A stretch of DNA of 64,000 bases, from the NCBI RefSeq assembly GCF_963853765.1, contig NC_088860.1, positions 22,258,001 to 22,322,000 of the forward strand, read 5' to 3'. Positions 55,701 to 64,000 of this stretch are shown in pieces. The notes below the pieces were generated by a model. It was not told the origin of the DNA. It saw nothing but the letters and a program-made list of their open reading frames with translations, and made no database searches. The stretch is from Magallana gigas (lineage: Eukaryota). The translations under genes and the position numbers were made by a program. Positions within the stretch are counted from its first letter, which is position 1. The number at the start of each line of letters is the position of its first letter.

Positions 55701-58700
55701 CCAGAGAAATAATGGAATTGGTATTTCATGGTATTAAGCATATGCTTGTACACATTATGTCCTAAATACCAGGTACCTAAAAAATTTCATGAAAGTTGTG
55801 CTTACATAAAAACAGAACTGAAGGACTGACTGACAGACAGGTAAAAAAAACATTATACCTGGGGTATAATAAGCTCTTACAAGTCAATATGCATATCTAC
55901 ATGTAAATGCTACTCACATGATCAGTTTTGCAATGTTCGACATCATTGGAAGACCAGAATTGGTGAAGGGAATCATATCTAAAATAGAATAGAAGCAAAA
56001 TAAGATTTATGGTAATACATATTCAAAATGCCTTTAATAATTACTGGTATGGAACATCAATTCAGCCATATCAATCACTTGATACTGTGTACATGAAAAG
56101 ACTTATTTGGAAAGTGAGAATATTTAACAGTTAAAATGTATTTACCGTACTAGATAGATTGTACAGTGGTGGATTTGAAAGTTGTAACATACAAGCTGAA
56201 GCATCTTTTCTCTGTTGCACAAATATTACTGGTAAATTTTGTTTTACCCAGCAATATCAAATGCTGTAAAGCTAATAAAAAGGAGTGAGTGGGCTTACTT
56301 AATAATCTGTGGAGCCTCAATTTTATTAGGATTTTCCCAATGTTCCAAATCGACTCCAAAAGAAATAACAGGGGCACTACCGAGCAACTTTTCTTTCCGA
56401 ATTCCAGCACCAGCTTGGGTTTTATCAGCGGTAGTTGTACTTGTGGAAGGTGAAGACGAGTTCCTGCTAGATAAAGACACAGAAGGTAGAAATAAAAATT
56501 TATCGTTCCATCTTCTGTAAATCAAGTATACATGTACGTATAATATGCAAAATTAATATCTTCAAGATTTGCGAACAACCCCTGCTCATGGATAATTATC
56601 GTCGCAGACAACTGGTAACAGAAAATGTTCTGACGTTGATACATGTGTTAATATAGCGGTATTTTGGACTGGTTAGCAGAAACTGATAGGTAGTATTAAA
56701 CACATTACATAAATAATATTGCTTAAAAATGTACATTTCAAAGACATTTTATTGTATACAAAATATTAAGTCAGCTCAAAATGTACTCAATGTGGTATAC
56801 CTTTCACTCTCAGCCTCTGCTTTGATTCTCTTGAGATTTGCAACCATTGTGGTAGGATCTTTCTCATCATGTTCCAGAAGCTCATTCTGAATGCTCCATG
56901 AAGCCTTCACAAAGCTCCGCTTGGCCCCAGCACCTGACGTGCTAGGTTTGACTGCTGTGCTGCTAGCTGTGCTTGGTGGTTTCTTAGATATGGAGACAGC
57001 TGGTTGTTTCTTTAAGGAGGATGAACCTTGACCTAGAAAATCATCTAATTCATAAGCATCAAAATGCTGTAAATCACATTTTTTATTAGAAAAATATTTT
57101 ATTTTGTGATTTATCGATGATACAATATCTTGCAGCAACCTAAATTCACAATCCAGGTTTTTTTCATTGAAAATAGCATTCAATACAAGAGATGTTCAAT
57201 GACTGATTCACATTGAAATGTATTCGCCCTGACAAAGTTCTCGCAACAGCAATCATAAAATGGAAGACAAAGCATAATTACTGGTACATGTAATTTTTAA
57301 TAATCTTACATTGATGTATTAGAAACTAAGAGATAAAAATGTACATGTTCATAAACTTTTTAGGATTTTTTTTGTAATGGCATAGTCAATTACAGATACT
57401 TCAATTCCATACCTGATTCTTTTTTCAGCATTTCAGGTACCTCTTCCTCGTATCCCTCTTTTTCAGGTACATCTTCAAAGTCGTCATCACTTTCATCTAT
57501 AGAAAAACACAACATTCAACAACTTTGTCAACTGCTTTTATTGTCATCTGCATCATGTAAAAAAAAACTCCTCTTTGGAAAAAGAAAATCTTACCATCAC
57601 TATTTTTATTTTGCTCCTCAAGTGGCACCACTTTAAGATCATAGAATTTGTTCTTGATCTCTCGCAGCTGAGATTTAAGGTCAATAATTCTTTTGATGTC
57701 TTCCTCTTTTCCTCCATGTTTGGATAGAACCTTGATCATTACAAAGATAAGGAAAAAATATTCATTACGAGAAATTCAAGACTCTTCTGGCATAGTGATA
57801 CCCAATTTAAAATTTCACTAATGCATCAATATGAAGCATTTTCAGAATTTTAAATCCACACCTGAAAACTGCCAAAATTCATGTAATCTTCTCATATTTT
57901 TAAACTACTGATACATGCATTTCTCAGATAGATGAGGAAGGTGAAACTCTAAACAGATTGAAATTGATACATGTATAATTTTTCTTGCATAAAGTGGTAT
58001 TGAAACAGGTATATGTTTAATTTTTCTCACATGAAGTACTGAATGAATATTTTTTCCTTATCTTTGTAATGATCAAGGTTCTATCCAAACATGGAGGAAA
58101 AGAGGAAGACATCAAAAGAATTATTGACCTTAAATCTCATGAAGTATTGAAACAGGTACATGTATATTTTTTCTTCCATAAAGTGGTATTAAAACCAGTA
58201 CATATATACATGTTTGTATAAATAATCCATAAATACATTATTTGGATCATACTGAATTACCAACAAGCTTAAGGCACCTACTCATATGCATTGAGTGACA
58301 ATGGGCTGTTGTTTTTAATGATCAATGACTGAGACTGTCGGACACATACCTGTAACCAGTGAGTCACACTGGGCTGGTGTTTGGTACTGATCAGCCTATA
58401 GTGGTCCTTCAGAGTGGTCAGCACCGGGAGGTTGTCCTCGTTCTCCTCCAGCTGTACCGGCCCCTGGTGGAGGTCGATGGCGATGCTGTACTGGTGGTTC
58501 CTCAGTCCGTGCTCCTGTACAAAACCTCCCACCTCCTCCACCTCCTCAAAGTCATCCTCAGAAGACCCCTCCCTAACACTGGCCTCGTCCCCAAGTACTT
58601 CTGTATTTTTAAGTTCACTTTCTATCTTTTCTACAACTCCATGTTTTTCTCTGCATTCTGTCACATCTCTCATGGAATTGCCTGAACAAGTTGAATTTGA

Positions 58701-61687
58701 ACTGTTTTCTGGATCTTTATCTGTACACTTCAATTTCTTGGAATTACTTTGATTCTTTAAACACTTTTCACATTTATTATCTGAGGTAGAAGACTGGCTT
58801 TGCAATGAATTCAGTTTGGCACATTCTATACAATTTAAGGTATCTACTGTACATGTTTCCTGATTTTTTGCATTTCTTAGACAGTCTTTGACGTTAGGTT
58901 CACTAGATGATTCAACACCAAGAAAGAATTCATCTGGAGTTGGTAAAAGTATACTGAAACAGTTTTCTACTTCCGTAAGGCAGGTTTTGATATCTGGTAC
59001 AGTTTCTGCAATGATAACAAACTTTTAAAATAAGAGTACAAATACCTTGGTACATGGTTATGATGTATCAAACAAAAACTTGATTGAAACAAAATTTATT
59101 AGGTTCATAAATACCACTTTAAAAAAAATCTGGATTTTTTTTTTTATCCGTACCATAAATCTGCCTTTTTATATATAGACATATTTAAATAGTCTTGAGG
59201 TGTTAATGTTACATTAAGCCTTTCAACAAACTGCTTGGCTTAGTGGATCCACAGAGACATACTTAGGTTACTTTGAGGTAAAGGTGTTTGAGACACCGTT
59301 GCACCGGTACAACCTTTTTTTAATTTGATCTCAACTTGTATACGTTATTTATTCCATTATATATATCGTGGCCAAAATTGCAATAACTTCAAAAGATGCA
59401 TGGATACCATCAAAAAATTTCTTTTTATATATTTTATTTCATTTATAAAGTTTGAAGGATAGATGTCATTTTTAGGATGAAAAAAATACTTTGAGGCTGG
59501 GGATCAGAATACCTTAAGTACGATAGAAAAAAAACCACATCCTTAATTTACCTTCAATTTCTTTCAGGACTTTATTTATCCTCTCCTTGTTGATTCTTTG
59601 TCTTCTTTCTTCTCGTTCTCTCTCTCTTCTTTGTTCAGCTTCACTTCTGGCCCTTATACCATTGAAGTCAACCTGTGAATGCACACATGTAGTACAGTAC
59701 ATGTACATGATCAACTGATCTACAGAGATATTGTTAAGAATGCTAGTTCATGTACATGTACATGTCTCAAGTAAATGTATATATTTTTTAATATACATGT
59801 AATCGAATATCTTTTAATTAATATACTGACCACTTTTTTGTGTTGTAAATTTTTCATTTATTCTGTCCTGGATTATATTTCATGCATTATCTCTAAATCA
59901 TAATAGGAAAATGCATGTACTAATATGTTATCAATAAGCAAAATTTTGCAGCATTCTATTTGCTTTGTTAATAAAGCAAACAGATTAGTTTAAATACGGT
60001 AATGGAAAGTTAAAATCTAATGGTCTGTTTCTAAGCTGAGCTTTGTTGAACTCATATATTGGGTTATGAGGGTAACTGCAACTTTATGTGATTTGCTACC
60101 TCATGATATTATAAACTTTTGTCCTCATAAAAAGAAATTGGGGTACCTTTTTACATTTCTGGAGAAAATTAAACCCCAGGGACAGCTTCTTGTAGGCCTC
60201 TCCAAACTTGTCGTTCCACTGCTGAATCGCTCGGAGGCTAGAAGCCTTTAGAGTGTTGGCAGCCGCTTTAGGGGGAGGTAAGGGCTGATCGAAATCGACC
60301 TCTGTCGAAAAAAAAAAATACACATTTACAATATCCACTACCTCCCTTGGCTCTAAATTCCATGACATGCAAGATTAACAAGTTTTTGAGACATACCAAC
60401 AGTTAGTTCCAGAAATGTTTGTAAATCACAGAGAAGCAGCTCTCTAAAAACATGAGACCGATTAAAGAGTTCATCCATCATCTGGAATGCAGAGAGTCTG
60501 ATTTCTGAATGTTCCTTTTCCAGCTGAGTCATCAACATGTGGTATGCTTCATTCACGTACATATCTGATTTCCTGTGAAAAAGTATTTTTAAAGATTTTT
60601 CCATTTACTAGAAAAAATAGTGCCTATAAAATGCACTAAAATGGCAATATGTATAGAAAGACTACGAAAAATATTGTAGCAATTTAATTAAATCATTTTG
60701 GATTGATATTAACAATTGGTTCATAAGGCATTTATTTTATACATAACGTTGAAACAGTGACCTTAATATATGATAATGAATTTTACTTTGCTCAAAATCT
60801 TTCTATAAATGATATGAGAACACAAATATTTACACTATAAGCCTTTGTTTTCCCTCTGATTGAAATGTCACACTTTCATTCGTTTAAACATAATATGTGA
60901 TTGCCTCATATATCTCTATATTTGTTCGGTGAAAAATAATATTAGGCAATATGGTATTTGGAGTAGTTGCCCTTTGAAATTCTTTAAAATTAAAGTAGTT
61001 GCCGTTAGAATATTGACGTCACATTGTTTTGTTTGGAGCAGAACAAAATGGCAGCGTCGAAATTTGCTCAAATCTCTGCAGAGAAAGAGAGAAAACATCT
61101 AAAATTGAATAGCAACAAAACATTGTAAGTAAACATGGGTAAAGCAAAGATTTTTAAAGAGTAAATGAAAGGTGAGATTGAAAATTTTGAAGAGTTTAAA
61201 TGAGTTTAGTTGGACGAGATGTTAGGCATCTTGTACATGGCTTTGCGCAGATCATCGCTATTTGTGAATAAATATGTCGCTTGATCGTCCTCGGGAAAAA
61301 CAAAATACTTTTAAGGTGAGTTACTGACTCACTACGGAAATATATCGGACTGATCAATCTCATAGATGGCTCGGCTTCACCTTGCCATCTATGAGATTGA
61401 TCAGCCCAATATATTTCCGTAGTGAGTCAGTAACTAACCTAATATAAAGTAATAATATCATTCCCTTTTTTAAATACAGAAAAGGTGAACTGTATGATAA
61501 AAAATAGCACTTTGATAAACTTTTATTTTTATGCACACTAGACCTACTTGCAGATACTTTTGAATTTTTTCATTGTGTCTGCATTTAGCACAGGTTTTCC
61601 ACTGGTGGTCAGCTGCTCTACATATTTCTGCATTTCCTGCTGCAGTGTATGGTCCAGACATTCTGTGCCTGGCGTTTCTGTTGCCAT
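52763..61687 (-). CDS. UVSSA: UV-stimulated scaffold protein A (transcription-coupled NER factor), about 816 aa
   Basis: complement join 61548-61687, 60397-60572, 60147-60301, 59552-59672, 58350-59005, 57595-57730, 57413-57496, 56801-57032, 56299-56463, 55918-55978, 55066-55188, 54101-54203, 53651-53852, 52763-52859; 2451 nt. VHS-like N-terminus VEQLTTSG...[21 protein letters not shown]...[66 protein letters not shown]. Confidence 0.96.
53272..53610. mobile_element. MITE in UVSSA last intron
   Basis: TIRs TAGGCCACACCAATATAATTTCTTGTT / AACAAGAAATTATATTGGTGTGGCCCTA. Confidence 0.8.
54449..54811. mobile_element. MITE with GGGCTGC ends (PIF/Harbinger-like)
   Basis: TIRs GGGCTGCATTCAAGATCGTAGC / GCTACAATCTTGAACGCAGCCC. 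A related fragment lies at about 39783-39850. Superfamily call is tentative. Confidence 0.7.
55300..55872 (+). mobile_element. HINE-like element with satellite-like core repeats of about 170 bp
   Basis: Head GTGAGCAAGCTCATAATATACCCC (as at 16260); repeated cores with CACATCTA / CACATTATGTCCTAAATACC; (GACT/GACA)n; end CATTATACCTGGGGTATAAT. Confidence 0.7.
58042..58139. repeat. Perfect 98-bp inverted copy of 57669-57766 (UVSSA intron end plus exon 6 start)
   Basis: Base-by-base reverse-complement identity checked by eye. It sits inside a roughly 42-bp minisatellite (57969-58200). Confidence 0.92.
61048..61260 (+). pseudogene. Decayed ORF resembling the N-terminus of Crypton-type tyrosine-recombinase proteins, antisense in UVSSA intron 1
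   Basis: One frame with four in-frame stops: [64 protein letters not shown]. Family assignment rests on a recalled pattern only. Confidence 0.5.
61315..61439. repeat. Near-perfect 125-bp palindrome
   Basis: GGTGAGTTACTGACTCACTACGGAAATATAT..CTGATCAATCTCATAGATGGC / GCCATCTATGAGATTGATCAG..ATATATTTCCGTAGTGAGTCAGTAACTAACC. Confidence 0.85.
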
Positions 61688-61813
61688 CTTCTTCACCTAT
61701 TGTAAACATGCATTCACATATATCAAAAATGTAAAACTTCTTTAAAAAATGTATTTCCAGCATAGAAAAAAAAATCTTAGAAGACAAAACAGTAGAAATA
61801 TTAGATCATTAAA

Positions 61814-61920
61814 ATTTTCATTAAATTTAAATTACATTTATTTTCAGTGTCTTTGTTTTTGATAAAATTTCCTTAAATTTAAATTATATTTATTTTCAGT
61901 GTCTTTGTTTTTGATAAAAT
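61814..61920. repeat. Tandem duplication of about 53 bp
   Basis: TTAAATTTAAATTA(C/T)ATTTATTTTCAGTGTCTTTGTTTTTGATAAAAT occurs twice. Confidence 0.8.
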
Positions 61921-62479
61921 AAAGGTTCATCTTCATGTCCAGATATTCAACCAAGCAGAGTTAATTTCCCAAGAATAGAGTTAAAGCTTCATTTCTTGCA
62001 AAAATGTTTGCTTTTTGACCCGCAGCTGTCGTATTTCAGCTTTTTCATAGAATCCATTGTCCAAGCTAAGGATACCGAGCATTTTTAAAAACTGATATTC
62101 AGTCACAATATGAATATTATCAGATTATTCGCTACTGATCATCATGATCATGTGTAAACATCCCAAAGCTACATATGTGTAAGATTTGACTAAATTCACA
62201 ATTCGTAAAATCGCTCAAATTGTTTCTTTGCATTTAAAATGATTGATCTAATAGCAAAGGTACCTCACATACCCCTCAGTTTGATATCAATGAATATTTT
62301 TCTTTTTGTTGTGCAATTTTTAAGTCCCAAATCAAGCAGGAAGTAAGCCTGCACAGCAAAAAGAAAAAACCCAAACCGAGAGGGTTCCGAATTGACGACG
62401 AAATATAGGTCATAGGTAGAGAAAGGTCGATCTATTGCCATATTTGGGCGAGCACAGTCAATGTGAAAAATGAGTAGGA

Positions 62480-64000
62480 AGTGTGGACTATGAACGTTTT
62501 TAATTGTAGGCCTAATATTTATCGTTAAAAATGGTACCTATATGCCTCGAGCTCAAGGATGACTTCATTTAAATTACTTCCTGGTAATACTGGACGCGAT
62601 TTGAAATCAAAATTTTATTTTTATGCATTAAGTGGTTTACCTGTGCATTTTGAATATACTGACTTAAATTTAAATGTTAGAAATCAAGTTATAAGAGAAT
62701 TATTTTTTTAGAATGAGGATTTTTGAATTTTTTTTTTAAGATTGAAGAACAATTTAATTAAAAAGGGGAAAGGGATGGGAGAAGTACGGGGGTTGTGATT
62801 TTGGGGTTACTTAACCATTTATACCACTTCATGTGTCATCACTGTCGTGACAGGAAAATATACACTGTACAGTTTAATTAAAGTGTTGAGAATGTTGACC
62901 ATTTTATTTTCAGAGTTTAGACCCATTTCTTTTTTATACTCTGTCTCTCGCTATAATATGCCCAAGGATAAACAAAGAAAAATGATTTTTAAAAACCATA
63001 TAACGGCTTTTAACCGTACATGTACATGAAAAGTAAAGACCCGCCTAAACACCAAAGCCCCTGACAATGAGGTCAGAATTTAAAAAAAAAAGGTAGTGAC
63101 GTCGGTTCCCTTGCTCATCACAGATACGTCCGGATCCCCCCCCCCCCCCCCCCCCGTCTTTCTTGGAAAAATGTAACGAACAATTATTACCGGATACCGG
63201 CAATATGACTCACCCCCACCTCACCCCGGCAACACCCATCTTTGAAAAAATCTGGATCCACGCAAATGTTAAGTATGCCCCCCAAAATACAGGTTTTTGC
63301 AGAGCAATGCGTTTTCACTTTAATAAGCCCTTACGCCACCCTCCCCCGAGTTACGCTTTAAAATCATACTAATCGTATAGCGATTGAATTTATTTTGAGG
63401 GTTCGAGGAATAATCTTATCTATTACACGGGAGGGGCCTGATACCTCTTTTTTACAATGGGATTTTAATAAGTTTTTATATTTCAAGTATGTCCCGACCC
63501 CCTCCTCCGGTCCCAGCTTTACACGCCTTTAAATACACTTGTCTTTACGTCGCATTTCAAAACATACACGTATCTAGTCTGAACCATTCGTGAATATATG
63601 TGTGCGTGTGTGGGTGGGGTAATTTTATTAAGTTTATTCCCGGTTTAATGCCAATTTGTTTGCCATCTAGAAGAATATGTGTTACCATTTAAAAGACATA
63701 TCTATATCGATTTTTGTGTTTTGTGTATTGCTCGGTAAAGTGTTGAAATACTTGTCCTATTGAGTTCGTTGACTTATAGATTTCGCAAAAAACAATCTTA
63801 CAAAGGCTGAGTCGAGGCTATTTATCTATTTCAAACCAGTAATATATAATCGTAAGTATGCGCATATTTACAAAAAAAAAAAATGATTATTGCCAATATG
63901 TTTATTGAATTTAAAAGTTTATTGTTTGGGTGTTTAAAACCATTTGTTGTGTGATCATGTTTACTTTGACGTTATTGGAAACCAATATTTGGACCGAGAG
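62480..64000. repeat. Repeat-rich zone upstream of UVSSA (several partial TE-like fragments, poly-C at about 63137-63155)
   Basis: GGATCC-CCCCC and GGAGGGG-type motifs, no spliceable coding frame found. Individual elements are not resolved. Confidence 0.4.

Noticed and set aside
56464-56514. Longer version of UVSSA exon 9 starting at the AG at 56515-56516
   Set aside because: The added sequence is a strong pyrimidine tract ending in TAGCAG, so the acceptor at 56464-56465 is preferred.
61470-61787. 105-aa ORF in the supplied track over the UVSSA start
   Set aside because: Out of frame with the conserved VEQLTTSG sequence; the real frame starts at ATG 61687.
63137-63155. Long poly-C run as a regulatory G-quadruplex
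   Set aside because: It lies within TE-like fragments, and homopolymer length is unreliable in assemblies.

Overview
AT-rich, intron-rich eukaryotic genomic DNA, not prokaryotic. The repeat families and gene content point to a bivalve mollusc, probably an oyster (Crassostrea/Magallana type); this is an inference. By manual exon stitching, with GT-AG junctions and phases checked, I find seven spliced protein-coding genes: (1) the 3' part of a GRK4/5/6-subfamily kinase (+, partial); (2) LHPP (-, 7 coding exons, 266 aa); (3) PBDC1 (+, 6 coding exons, 166 aa), head-to-head with LHPP; (4) a divergent HMG20A/B-like gene with an extra U1/matrin-type zinc finger (-, 10 coding exons, about 468 aa); (5) PDCD4 (+, 9 coding exons, 447 aa); (6) an uncharacterised 22-exon gene (-, about 859 aa; coiled coil, CxxC-x6-CxH knuckle, helical C-terminal domain); (7) UVSSA (-, 14 coding exons, about 816 aa). 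Introns and intergenic DNA carry many non-autonomous transposons: TA-flanked Tc1/mariner-type MITEs, TTAA-flanked Kolobok-type elements, Helentron-associated (HINE-like) elements with satellite-like cores, long hairpins and a decayed Crypton-like ORF. The most unusual observations are a perfect 98-bp inverted copy of a UVSSA splice acceptor plus exon start placed 275 bp upstream in the same intron, tandem decayed copies of an exon end/donor in the uncharacterised gene, and the HMG20-like/zinc-finger domain architecture. There is no CRISPR array, rRNA or convincing functional tRNA. Most ORFs in the supplied track are intronic noise or exon fragments read into introns.
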